A stretch of 63,976 bases of DNA, counting the filler, from Candidatus Nezhaarchaeota archaeon WYZ-LMO8 (GTDB taxonomy: Archaea; Thermoproteota; Methanomethylicia; Nezhaarchaeales; WYZ-LMO8), in the NCBI GenBank assembly GCA_004347965.1. It is 3 parts of 3 records of this genome, joined end to end, with 100 filler letters (N's around TTAATTAATTAA, not from the genome) between each part and the next. Parts side by side here need not be neighbours in the genome. Positions count along the whole stretch, not along the records: positions 30,326 to 59,631 come from QNVF01000016.1; 2 more parts are not named here. One strand, given 5' to 3'. Below are positions 40,602 to 49,764 of the stretch, piece by piece. The notes beneath the pieces were generated by a model. The model was given only the letters and a program-made list of their open reading frames with translations, did not search any database and had not been told where the DNA came from. How positions within the stretch are numbered: the stretch's first letter is position 1; each line of letters begins with the position of its first letter. The translations under genes were made by a program, and so were the position numbers.

Positions 40602-41243
40602 ATGGAGAGGAGAGTTAGCTTCAAGAGTGGATATCTAGTTCTTGAAGGCATCCTCCACCTTCCCTCTGAAGTTAAGGGAAGAGTGCCAGCTATAGTGGTC
40701 TGCCACCCTCATCCTCTCTATGGTGGATCCATGTACAACATCATGGTTGAGAAGCTATGTAGAAAGTTAGAGAGCTCAGGTCTCATCACACTTCGCTTCA
40801 ACTTTAGAGGAGTAGGATTCAGTGAGGGGGTCTACGATGGAGGGGTTAGTGAAGTAATGGACGTGAAAGCAGCCCTCAACTTCCTAGAAACCATTGACCC
40901 ACAAGCCCTTAAGTTGTTTGGCATCGCAGGCTACTCTTTCGGAGCTTACGTAGCTTCTCGTGCAGCAGAGGATCCTAGAGTTAAGGCTTTAGCCTTAATA
41001 TCTCCTCCATTCGCCTTCTACAACTTCGATAATCTTAGGTACATTCGTAAACCAAAGCTAATTGTTTGGGGCGATCAAGACGAGTTTGTGAGTGCCACTA
41101 TCGAGGAAGTAGTCGGCATGATAGCTGAGCCGAAGAAACTCATTTTAGTCAAGGGAGCAGATCACTTCTGGTTTGGCTACGAGGACGAAGTGAGTGATAC
41201 GGTTACATCATTCTTCCAAGACATTTTTAAAGCTGGTCATTGA
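40602..41243 (+). CDS. Alpha/beta hydrolase
   Basis: CHPHPLYGGSM, RFNFRGVG.S.G, GYSFG, GDQD, ADHF. Confidence 0.9.
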   Translation: MERRVSFKSGYLVLEGILHLPSEVKGRVPAIVVCHPHPLYGGSMYNIMVEKLCRKLESSGLITLRFNFRGVGFSEGVYDGGVSEVMDVKAALNFLETIDPQALKLFGIAGYSFGAYVASRAAEDPRVKALALISPPFAFYNFDNLRYIRKPKLIVWGDQDEFVSATIEEVVGMIAEPKKLILVKGADHFWFGYEDEVSDTVTSFFQDIFKAGH

Positions 41244-41367
41244 AGTTTAAGTTAGCTAACACGATAATGCTTTTATGTACCCTAACTTATTAATGTGCGA
41301 GCTATTGATGGTGTTGTCAGTACTAATGTGTGTGCCTTAAGATCATTCGTTGATGTGAGGGGAAATT

Positions 41368-41925
41368 TTGGAGGAAGAAGCTTGCTTGCAACAATTCTTA
41401 GGTGATAACTTGGAGTTGGAGATAATTAATGTCAAGCATAATCCACTAAAAGACGAGGATATTAAAGCTATAGTTAGTATCGAGTTGCATCCGGATGTTA
41501 GAAAGTGGCTTCCAGACTATGCCTACGAGGATTTTGATAAGGAGTTCAAAGACTACAAGAAGTTCTTTCAGGATTTACAGAATAACAATAAAGTTGAGGT
41601 ATTAGTTGCTAGAGTTAATGGTCGTATAGTTGGTTTCCTAGCTTTATGGCGAATGGTTGAGTATGAGGAGCACGTGAGGAGCATAGGGGTAAGTGTTCAT
41701 CCAGATTACCGGAAGAAAGGTATAGCAACGAAGCTAGTGAAGAAAGCTATAGAGCTGGCTAAAGAGCTAGGCGCCAAGAAGCTCATCATCGAAACTTTAG
41801 AGGAGAACATTGCTATGAGGCGAGTGGCTGAAAAATTAAAGTTCAAGTTAGAGTATGTTAGAAGGAGTAGGGAGTTTAAGGACGGTTCACGTCATAATGA
41901 GTACGTCTATTTACTAAGCCTTTAA
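41368..41925 (+). CDS. GNAT-family N-acetyltransferase
   Basis: VHPDYRKKGIAT acetyl-CoA motif A; N.AM....EKL.F motif B; start uncertain. Confidence 0.9.
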   Translation: MEEEACLQQFLGDNLELEIINVKHNPLKDEDIKAIVSIELHPDVRKWLPDYAYEDFDKEFKDYKKFFQDLQNNNKVEVLVARVNGRIVGFLALWRMVEYEEHVRSIGVSVHPDYRKKGIATKLVKKAIELAKELGAKKLIIETLEENIAMRRVAEKLKFKLEYVRRSREFKDGSRHNEYVYLLSL

Positions 41926-41966
41926 ATGAAGACCTAGGGGTTCCTAAAGAACCAAGATTTCCAATA

Positions 41967-41980
41967 GAAAACTTTAAATA
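41967..41980 (+). promoter_or_regulatory. BRE-TATA promoter candidate for kamA
   Basis: GAAAACTTTAAATA ~25 bp upstream of TTG 42005. Confidence 0.5.
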
Positions 41981-42004
41981 GTCAGAGCTTAAGCGACCTA
42001 AGCT

Positions 42005-43108
42005 TTGGTACATTGCGAGCGCGAAGCATTTATGGATGAAGATTGGAAAAGCATTCTCAAAGAAAGCATAACCAGACCAGAGCAAATCCTCGAGAGATTC
42101 GATGTCGACATAAAGCCCATTAAAAAAGTTGCAGAAGTCTATCCGATGTTCATTTCTAGGTACTACTTTAACCTCATAGAGGAGGTTGAAGATCCAATAT
42201 GGAAGCAGTGCATACCAAGTCCTCTTGAGCTCCAAGACCTCTACGGCTATGAGGATCCACTAAGCGAGGAGGTTATGAGCCCAGTACCAGGCTTAGTGCA
42301 TAGGTACCCAGATAGGGTTTTAATGTGTGTTTCAAATAGTTGCGCTACCTATTGCAGATTTTGCACGAGGAAAAGGAAGGTTGGTAGACCAGAGGTAAGT
42401 TATACTGATGAAATCTACTTGGCGCAAATAAGCTACGTTCGTGAGAAACCAAAGATTAGAGATGTACTTCTATCTGGTGGAGACCCATTCATGCTTCCAG
42501 ATGAGAAGATAGAGTTCCTGCTAAAGAAGTTACGCGAGATACCTCACGTTGAGATCATAAGGATAGGTACGAGAGTTCCATGTACGCTACCTCAGAGGAT
42601 AACACCAAAGCTATGCAACATTCTTAAGAAGTATCACCCATTATACGTGAACGTACACTTTGAGCATCCACGTGAGATAACAGAGGAATCTGAGAGAGCA
42701 TGTGGATTGCTAGCTGATGCAGGTATACCACTTGGAAACCAATCCGTCCTATTAAAAGGGGTTAACGATAGTCCAGAGGTAATGAAGGAGCTCTGTCAGA
42801 AGTTGCTTAAGATGCGCGTTAGACCCTACTATCTCTTCCAAATGGATCCAGTGAAGGGAGCATCTCACTTCAGGACTAGGGTTGAAGTTGGCATCAAAAT
42901 AATAGAGTCTCTAATTGGCTGGACCTCTGGATTAGCTGTGCCACGCTTCGTTATTGATGCACCGGGCGGAGGAGGTAAGATACCCATCGAGCCGAACTAC
43001 ATAATCTCAATTGATGATGAGAAAGTCGTTTTAAGGAACTACGAGGGGAAGATATTCGTTTATCCACAAGCGCGACCACACATGAAGGGGTTGATAGCCG
43101 TACATTAG
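42005..43108 (+). CDS. kamA: KamA-family radical SAM 2,3-aminomutase
   Basis: LVHRYPDRVL, CATYCRFCTRKR, SGGDP, RIGTRVP, NQSVLLKGVND, RPYY, DAPGGGGK; start 42005 (TTG) or 42032 (ATG). Confidence 0.92.
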   Translation: MVHCEREAFMDEDWKSILKESITRPEQILERFDVDIKPIKKVAEVYPMFISRYYFNLIEEVEDPIWKQCIPSPLELQDLYGYEDPLSEEVMSPVPGLVHRYPDRVLMCVSNSCATYCRFCTRKRKVGRPEVSYTDEIYLAQISYVREKPKIRDVLLSGGDPFMLPDEKIEFLLKKLREIPHVEIIRIGTRVPCTLPQRITPKLCNILKKYHPLYVNVHFEHPREITEESERACGLLADAGIPLGNQSVLLKGVNDSPEVMKELCQKLLKMRVRPYYLFQMDPVKGASHFRTRVEVGIKIIESLIGWTSGLAVPRFVIDAPGGGGKIPIEPNYIISIDDEKVVLRNYEGKIFVYPQARPHMKGLIAVH

Positions 43109-43132
43109 AAGCAAAGATAGAAAGGGATTGCC

Positions 43133-44185
43133 ATGACTCTTAGAGTTGGCTTAACGTACAATCTTAGAAGGAAAGTTGAGGACAATAGCTTGCCAGAGGA
43201 CTACTATGTAGAATACGACGACGAGAGCACCGTTGATGCCATCGCTTCGGCCTTAAGGAAGGGCGGATGCAAGGTAATAAAGATAGAGGCTAACGAGGAG
43301 GCATACATTAAGCTATGCAGATGTAGACCTGATATAGTCTTCAACATCGCTGAAGGTCTACGTGGTGAGAGCAGAGAATCACATATCCCAGCAATACTAG
43401 AGATGCTTGGAATACCTTATACGGGCTCTAGTTCATCGACTTTAGCTATATGCCTAGATAAGGCCTTGACCCACAAGGTTCTTAGCGCCTACGGAGTTCC
43501 ATCACCAAAATTCCAGGTCTTTAAACGACCAGATGAGAAGTTAAGTGGAGAACTGGAGTTTCCACTAGTAGTTAAGCCGCTACTTGAAGGCTCTAGCAAG
43601 GGTATTAGAAACAGCTCGTTAGTGAGAGATGAATATAGCTTGAGGAGACAGGTCTCATGGGTTATCAAGACCTACAATCAGCCAGCTATAGTCGAAGAAT
43701 TCATGCCTGGAAGAGAGTTCACAGTTGGGCTAATAGGTAACGAGGAGCCAGTTGTACTACCAATCGTAGAGATACACCTTGAGAGGCTACCAAACGGTGC
43801 AAATCCAATATACTCTTACGAGGCTAAGTGGGTTTGGGATACGCCTGAAAGACCATTAGACATATTCGAGTGCCCGGCGAGGATACCAAGTGACTTAAAG
43901 AGGGAAGTGGAGGAGATCGCAATTAAGACCTTTAACGTTTTAAACTGTAGAGATCTTTGTCGTATAGATATGAGGTTAGATAAGGACGGAGTGCCAAGGG
44001 TTTTAGAGGTTAATCCTCTACCTGGCTTAATTCCGGATCCAAGGGCTCACTCATGCTTACCAGAAGCTGCGAGAGCTCTAGGCTTTACGTACGATGAGCT
44101 GATATGCACCATTCTATGGCAAGCCTTAAAGAGATACGGCATGCAGCAATTGTTTAAGAATAAGTCTCTGGTAAAGATACCGTGA
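43133..44185 (+). CDS. ATP-grasp ligase, D-Ala-D-Ala-ligase-like (paralog 1)
   Basis: FNIAEG, IPYTGS, DK, VKP..EGSSKGI, EEFMPGREFTV, RID.R, EVNPLPG; lacks the Ddl N-terminal GGxSxE. Confidence 0.88.
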   Translation: MTLRVGLTYNLRRKVEDNSLPEDYYVEYDDESTVDAIASALRKGGCKVIKIEANEEAYIKLCRCRPDIVFNIAEGLRGESRESHIPAILEMLGIPYTGSSSSTLAICLDKALTHKVLSAYGVPSPKFQVFKRPDEKLSGELEFPLVVKPLLEGSSKGIRNSSLVRDEYSLRRQVSWVIKTYNQPAIVEEFMPGREFTVGLIGNEEPVVLPIVEIHLERLPNGANPIYSYEAKWVWDTPERPLDIFECPARIPSDLKREVEEIAIKTFNVLNCRDLCRIDMRLDKDGVPRVLEVNPLPGLIPDPRAHSCLPEAARALGFTYDELICTILWQALKRYGMQQLFKNKSLVKIP

Positions 44186-44197
44186 GAAGATCACTTC

Positions 44198-45223
44198 TCA
44201 ATGCTGTCTAGGATTTTGCTTCGCTCTCTTAAGTGCGAAGCTTATTATCATCTCTACAAATTCTTCAAAAGATATTCTAGCAGCTCTCAATGAGCGTACG
44301 AAGCCTGAATCTGGCGATATGTCTGGGTTAGGATTAACCTCGAGGACGTACGGCATCCCAGTTCTAGCGTCTAAGCGTACATCGATCCTCGCGTAATCTC
44401 TACACTTTAAGGCTCTATATGCTCTGATAGCTATCTCCTCAATCGTGCTCTTGAGGGGGGCATCTATCTTAGCAGGGCAGAGGGGCTTGGTCTTCACATA
44501 TTCTTCACTATCTTTAAACCACTTAGCCTTGTAGCCGACTATTTTAGGGTCTTCATCATATTCAAAAACTATCTCTGAAATCGGTAGAACAACAAGTTCA
44601 TCGTTGCCTAATATAGAGACGTTAAACTCTCTTCCACTGATGTACTCTTCGACTAGAGCTGGCTGCTCATAAGTGCTAATTACATACTTCACTTGTCTCT
44701 CTAGCTCTGCAAGGTTTCTAACAAAGCTATCCTTAGTAATCCCTATGCTAGCATCCTCTCTCAAAGGCTTAACTATAAGTGGAAAGCTTAATCCCTCTGG
44801 GGGCTCAAAGACTTTCATTACTCGATACTTTGGTGTTGGTATGCCATTAGCTCTAAGAACATCCTTAGCTAGACCCTTATCTTGACATAAACCGAGAGTT
44901 AACGGTGTAGACCCTGTGTAGGGTATTCTCAGCATCTCTAATATTGATGCTGCGTGCATTTCAAGGCTGCTATCGCCCATATACCCTTCAGAGAGGTTTA
45001 TGACTACATCAGGCTTATGGGCCCTCAACGACTTTATAATCTCCCCTATGTCATCTCTAAGTGGAAAGAGCTGATAGTTAAAGCCAAGCCTTACTAGAGC
45101 TTCTTCAACTGCCTTCACTTGATCTAGCACATTGACCTCAGCTAAGTAATCCGCATCTTCACCTTTCTTAGGTCTTACAGGGACGTTGAATAATATGCCG
45201 ACCAAAAGAGCCAACCATTTCAC
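44198..45223 (-). CDS. ATP-grasp ligase, D-Ala-D-Ala-ligase-like (paralog 2)
   Basis: INLSEG, IPYTGS, VKP..EDASIGI, EEYISGREFNV, YARIDVR, EVNPNPD. Confidence 0.88.
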   Translation of the reverse strand: MKWLALLVGILFNVPVRPKKGEDADYLAEVNVLDQVKAVEEALVRLGFNYQLFPLRDDIGEIIKSLRAHKPDVVINLSEGYMGDSSLEMHAASILEMLRIPYTGSTPLTLGLCQDKGLAKDVLRANGIPTPKYRVMKVFEPPEGLSFPLIVKPLREDASIGITKDSFVRNLAELERQVKYVISTYEQPALVEEYISGREFNVSILGNDELVVLPISEIVFEYDEDPKIVGYKAKWFKDSEEYVKTKPLCPAKIDAPLKSTIEEIAIRAYRALKCRDYARIDVRLDARTGMPYVLEVNPNPDISPDSGFVRSLRAARISFEEFVEMIISFALKRAKQNPRQH

Positions 45224-45377
45224 CGCCTTTGCTTCACACTCTTACCTAAAGATTCTTCTATAAAGTCTTTGAGCTAGAATAAGAGCTATCCCTTCATCGA
45301 TGCTTACAACCATTATTGTAGAGCTTAAGTCCTCTGATCACTATTTAAGAGCTGATAATGTCTAGTGTAAGCTGAGA

Positions 45378-45432
45378 ATGATGAAAGACGATATTGTCCC
45401 CACCTGGTTAATGAAGAAAACCGCGACTCTGA
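45378..45432 (+). ncRNA. Candidate C/D box sRNA
   Basis: C box ATGATGA (45378), possible D' CTGG (45404), C' ATGAAGA (45411), 11-nt guide AAACCGCGACT, D box CTGA (45429); 55 nt, intergenic. Confidence 0.38.
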
Positions 45433-45631
45433 CGTCGCTTTAAGCTTCATAACTTATAGTACCATGATGTAGACGATGACTAATATAGCTTTTCGGTTTA
45501 GTGATTTTCAAGTTATACGCTGCCACGTTTTGACCTAATGTCACTTAAGTGACATATCATAATCCATTGGATCATGGGGACGACAAGTTATTCTAGTTCT
45601 AAAGTCAATTAAGAGGTTAGAGGTCTAATCA

Positions 45632-47005
45632 ATGTCCTGTTTAAGAGGCTTTGGCCTACCAATAGGCTATACGACTCGACCAACGGTAAGGCCTGTGATG
45701 ACTTTAGGTCTCATAGTCACCAACACGATAGTTTACCTCTTAACTTCATATGAAAACAGCTTTTTGACGATAAGCAGTCGTTGGATCATCCTCGGAGGCT
45801 ATATACCATCTATGCTTGAAGCATTAGATCAGCTCTACAGGTTGCTTTCATCGATGTTCTTGCATGCAGATATTTTCCACATACTCTTCAACATGTACTT
45901 TCTCTACATATTTGGTAGAGCAATTGAGGAGGCATTGGGCAAGTGGAGGTTTCTAGCTTTGTACTTAGCGTCCGGGGTACTAGCAGCTCTCTTCCACACA
46001 GCTTTCAGTTTCATCGGGGGAGCATCAGCTTACACAATCCCAGCCATTGGTGCTTCAGGAGCTATTAGCGGGATTTTAGGTGCTTACTTGATATTATTCC
46101 CAGGCACAACGCTCTTTGTAGGCTGGTTCTTCTTCATAATTCCAGTCTTCCTCAGAATGAGAGCAGCCTATTTCTTAATCATGTGGTTTGCGATGCAAGT
46201 AGCCTACGGATACGCGAAGATAGGTGGCATAGCATTCTTCGCTCACGCTGGAGGATTCGTAGCTGGAATAGCACTGCTCCCCATGTTTAAGGTTAGAAGC
46301 GAGGGTAGCATTTCTCGATTGAAACTCTTAGAAGAACTAGGACGGCTTAGCACGCATGTAGCATTTACAGAGACTTCTAGAAGCATTAGAGGTTTAAGTC
46401 GAGGGACTAAGATCGTAGTCGCTCTACTATTAACTTCACTCCTCGCCGGTGCAGCTTATGCTTCATCTGGCTTACTCGTTGAAGAAGGCCTTAAGGCAAT
46501 CACGTTACACTATACATTCGAGGGAGCACAGTACATCGACTACGTGGGAGTACAAAAATCTAATATTGAAAGGCAGCTCAGCGCTATACCGAAAAGTGAA
46601 ACACGAATCCTATTGAATAGGTTGTATGCAGCAGACCTGCTATACGATGAAGCTAAAGCTGGTAAGGAATTGAAGATAGATAACTGGCACGATAGGGTAT
46701 TCATGAGTATTGAGAAACGCCGAGTTATCGTGGATGTTTTAATGATTAGCTTTACTGGTAGTTACGACTTAGATGGCTTCTTAAGCTATGGCATAGGCGA
46801 GCTGAAGACTCAAGTGGTTCTCATAGGTCAAAACCGTGTTTCAGTCACTGACTACATGGTGCACTACATCTTTGAAGTCACTTCGAAAACTGTGAACATA
46901 GAAAACATACTACGAATTACTGGGCTAATATCACTAATTACTTCAGCACTTGCCCTTTTAGTAGTCCTTACGAAAGATAAAGAGCTTACCCTAGTAGGCG
47001 AATAA
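45632..47005 (+). CDS. Rhomboid intramembrane serine protease with long C-terminal extension
   Basis: SMFLH...HILFNM, GASG (Ser), AHAGG (His); ~230 extra aa bounded by TM helices. Confidence 0.9.
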   Translation: MSCLRGFGLPIGYTTRPTVRPVMTLGLIVTNTIVYLLTSYENSFLTISSRWIILGGYIPSMLEALDQLYRLLSSMFLHADIFHILFNMYFLYIFGRAIEEALGKWRFLALYLASGVLAALFHTAFSFIGGASAYTIPAIGASGAISGILGAYLILFPGTTLFVGWFFFIIPVFLRMRAAYFLIMWFAMQVAYGYAKIGGIAFFAHAGGFVAGIALLPMFKVRSEGSISRLKLLEELGRLSTHVAFTETSRSIRGLSRGTKIVVALLLTSLLAGAAYASSGLLVEEGLKAITLHYTFEGAQYIDYVGVQKSNIERQLSAIPKSETRILLNRLYAADLLYDEAKAGKELKIDNWHDRVFMSIEKRRVIVDVLMISFTGSYDLDGFLSYGIGELKTQVVLIGQNRVSVTDYMVHYIFEVTSKTVNIENILRITGLISLITSALALLVVLTKDKELTLVGE

Positions 47006-47095
47006 TAAAACTTCACTTGCGTACTGGAAATGCTTAAGGAGCACTTGGAGTTGTTGAATGAGTAGGTGAAGAGCTTATCAAAAATTCGCTTAAAA

Positions 47096-47768
47096 TCATA
47101 CGACTTCTCCACTTCTAACCTCTACTTCAAGCTCCCCAGATATTCGAGGGCTCCTTTATCTATCGTTACTGTGATTAAGAGAAGCTTAGGTTTAACGTTT
47201 GTGACCTTATTGTATAAAGCTCCTATTCTATGTAGCTCAGCTCCATACACTTCTTCCAGCATGGATCCTGCACTCTATTTATGCTCTTGATTCCTAACGA
47301 GAACATTGACTTTCATACTGATGGGCTTCCGTAAACAACACCATTGCTATCGTAGTAAATCCACCCTCCTAACAGCATACGTCTTCAGTAAATCTTCAAT
47401 AAGTACTTCACTGCTTATCTAAGCGCTTCCTCAGTAACGACTCCATACCCTCTACTTACCGATTGGCTGCTATGGTTCCTGTAAGGCCCTTAATATCTTC
47501 ACCTTGAAGAATGATTTCTTTCTAGAGACTTAATGGTGATGTTATGCTCAACAACAGTCCTTGCAAGAACTCAATAGCTCTAGTGTGATCAATGACTGTA
47601 TCTCGTAGGGATTCTATGGCTTTACTATGCCCGGCAATTGCCTTCTTAACCTCTATTAAGCTTAATTAATTCTTCAAGGTCCGTGAGACCTGTAATAGCA
47701 TACCTAAACTTTTCATCTTCTTTAAGTAAGATCCAAAGCATCTTCTTAAGCTCGGCTGTGGACAGCAC
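47096..47768 (-). pseudogene. Degraded DUF3782-type coiled-coil/PD-(D/E)XK protein
   Basis: Fragments in shifting frames: LSTAELKKMLWILLKEDEKFRYAITGL; HSKAIESLRDTVIDHTRAIE; YGVVTEEALR*; WIYYDSNGVVYGSPSV; ELHRIGALYNKVTNVKPKLLLIT; several stops and frameshifts. Confidence 0.72.
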
Positions 47769-48090
47769 TAGCGACAGCAATCACGATGGACTTAATTCGT
47801 CTAATGAGACTCAAGACTTGACTTAGATAAAGCCTTCGTTGTAGTTAATGTGTTAAGCTTTAAGCATAGTAGATGAGGTGGAGGTTATTTATTCGCTATC
47901 TAAAAAATGTTGTGGTTATGTCCGTGTGGCTTAATGTTGTGATGAGCTGAACAAGTTGAAATATGCTTTATCAAATGTTCTATCCTACTCGATTTCGCTA
48001 TTCACTGATGCGGTCCATAAGATACTAAATTGTTCATGCAAGGTTGTTGCAGCTATTACTATTGTCCTCTACATTATTTGTTAAGAGCAG

Positions 48091-49764
48091 CTAGGGTCTA
48101 AGCTCCATCAGTTCTACTGGTATGGTCTTCACAATCATACGACTTGCTTCGGACTTTATTATCACATGCTTGAGCCAATGAACATCATCCCTCTCAGGGT
48201 AATCTTCCCTATAGTGTGCTCCCCTGCTCTCGGTCCTATGGAGTGCTGCTGTTGCCACGATTTTGCCTGTGCATATCATATTTATCGTCTCTAAAGCGTT
48301 AATAAGTGCTTGATGACTTCTCTCCTCGCCAAGATATATTCTTGGTAACTCGTTGACTTCTATGTACTCTAGCTCGGCCAACGCTTTTTTAAGATTGTCA
48401 CCGGTCTTTACAACGCCAACGTAATCATCCATCATCTTTTGTATCTTCGACTTAACTTGTGATGCAGATACCCCTTCCTTCCTCTCATATATTTCGTCGA
48501 CCATCTTGATGCATGCTTCCACATGCTCCTCGTGGACTTCGACATCGCCAATCATTCGAGCTCTTTCAGCAGCATAAGCACCAGCTCTAGCTCCAAAGAC
48601 TTGCGTGTCAGTCAGAGCATTCCCGCCAACTCTATTTGCCCCATGCACTCCACCAGCAGCCTCACCAGCTGCGTATAGTCCTGCTATCGATGACTCACAC
48701 CTCTCATTTATTCTGACACCACCCATACAATGATGAACTCCTGGAGCCCACTCGATCGGTTGCCATGTTATGTCTATGCCTAGAGTCTGGTAAGCTTTCC
48801 AAACTTTTTCCCAAGCTTTCACTATATGCTCTGGAACTCCGGAAAGATCCATGTAGAGACCCCCACGTGGAGTAGCTTTGCCAGCCTTTATTTCTTTGTA
48901 AGCCGTTATGCATACAACATCTCTAGTTACGTTCTCCAGTTTTTCACGATCATACTTCTTCATGTATCTTTCACACAAAGCGTTGTAGAACCTAGCTCCG
49001 TGAGCAACCCAACCGTCATATGGTGGTGGAAAGCCCCTTAAACTTGGTGGATGAATTACACAAGTCATCCACTGTATGAACTCCATGTCTATAAGTTCCG
49101 CTCCAGCTCTATAAGCCATTGCATATCCATCTCCAGTTACGTCAGGTGGATTCGAGGTCAGCGAATACATGTTCCCTAAACCGCCAGAAGCTAGTACTGT
49201 CGACTTAGCCTTAAAGGCATAGAAATCCCCGGTCCTCAGATCTAAGCCTACAGCTCCTACAACAGAGTCTCCACTCTTAAGCAGATCTATTACGAAGACG
49301 TTAGAGTAAACCTGAACCCCGATACTTCGTGCTTCCTTCAGCAGCCCTCTCATGAACTCTCCGGCGACAGCTACGAAATTTCTTGGACAAGAAGTCCCCG
49401 AAGCATGTATTATCCTGTAGTTTCCAGATTCATCCTTGATGAATTCTGTGCCCATCTCTTCGAGCTCCTTAAGTCTCTGTAGAGCTTCGTACGCCATGAT
49501 CTTGACTAGCTTCTGATCGTTTATGTAGACTCCACCAATCACCGTGTCTTTGAAGTGCATTTCTGGGTTGTCTTGAGGTAAGTAAGCAGCTTGATAGCCC
49601 CCCATAGCTTTTGGAGTACAGCCAGAGGGAAATCCTCCCTTGGCTACTAGCACAACATCAACTCCTCTACGCTTAGCCTCGATGGCTGCTCGTGTCCCTG
49701 CTCCGCCAGCACCTATAATTAAGACGTCCGTCTTAATTAGCTCGTAGTTCTTAGTCATGAACAA
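48091..49764 (-). CDS. SdhA/FrdA/TfrA-family flavoprotein (TfrA-like, no covalent-FAD His)
   Basis: GAGGAG, SGCT..A.GG, TGDG, RD, HHCMGG, HGANRVGGNAL, RTESRGAHYREDYP. Confidence 0.85.
   Translation of the reverse strand: MFMTKNYELIKTDVLIIGAGGAGTRAAIEAKRRGVDVVLVAKGGFPSGCTPKAMGGYQAAYLPQDNPEMHFKDTVIGGVYINDQKLVKIMAYEALQRLKELEEMGTEFIKDESGNYRIIHASGTSCPRNFVAVAGEFMRGLLKEARSIGVQVYSNVFVIDLLKSGDSVVGAVGLDLRTGDFYAFKAKSTVLASGGLGNMYSLTSNPPDVTGDGYAMAYRAGAELIDMEFIQWMTCVIHPPSLRGFPPPYDGWVAHGARFYNALCERYMKKYDREKLENVTRDVVCITAYKEIKAGKATPRGGLYMDLSGVPEHIVKAWEKVWKAYQTLGIDITWQPIEWAPGVHHCMGGVRINERCESSIAGLYAAGEAAGGVHGANRVGGNALTDTQVFGARAGAYAAERARMIGDVEVHEEHVEACIKMVDEIYERKEGVSASQVKSKIQKMMDDYVGVVKTGDNLKKALAELEYIEVNELPRIYLGEERSHQALINALETINMICTGKIVATAALHRTESRGAHYREDYPERDDVHWLKHVIIKSEASRMIVKTIPVELMELRP

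Noticed and set aside
43133..45223. Reading the Ddl-like genes as peptidoglycan synthesis or vancomycin resistance
   Set aside because: Archaeal context, no mur/alr/van genes in the window, and the Ddl N-terminal motif is missing
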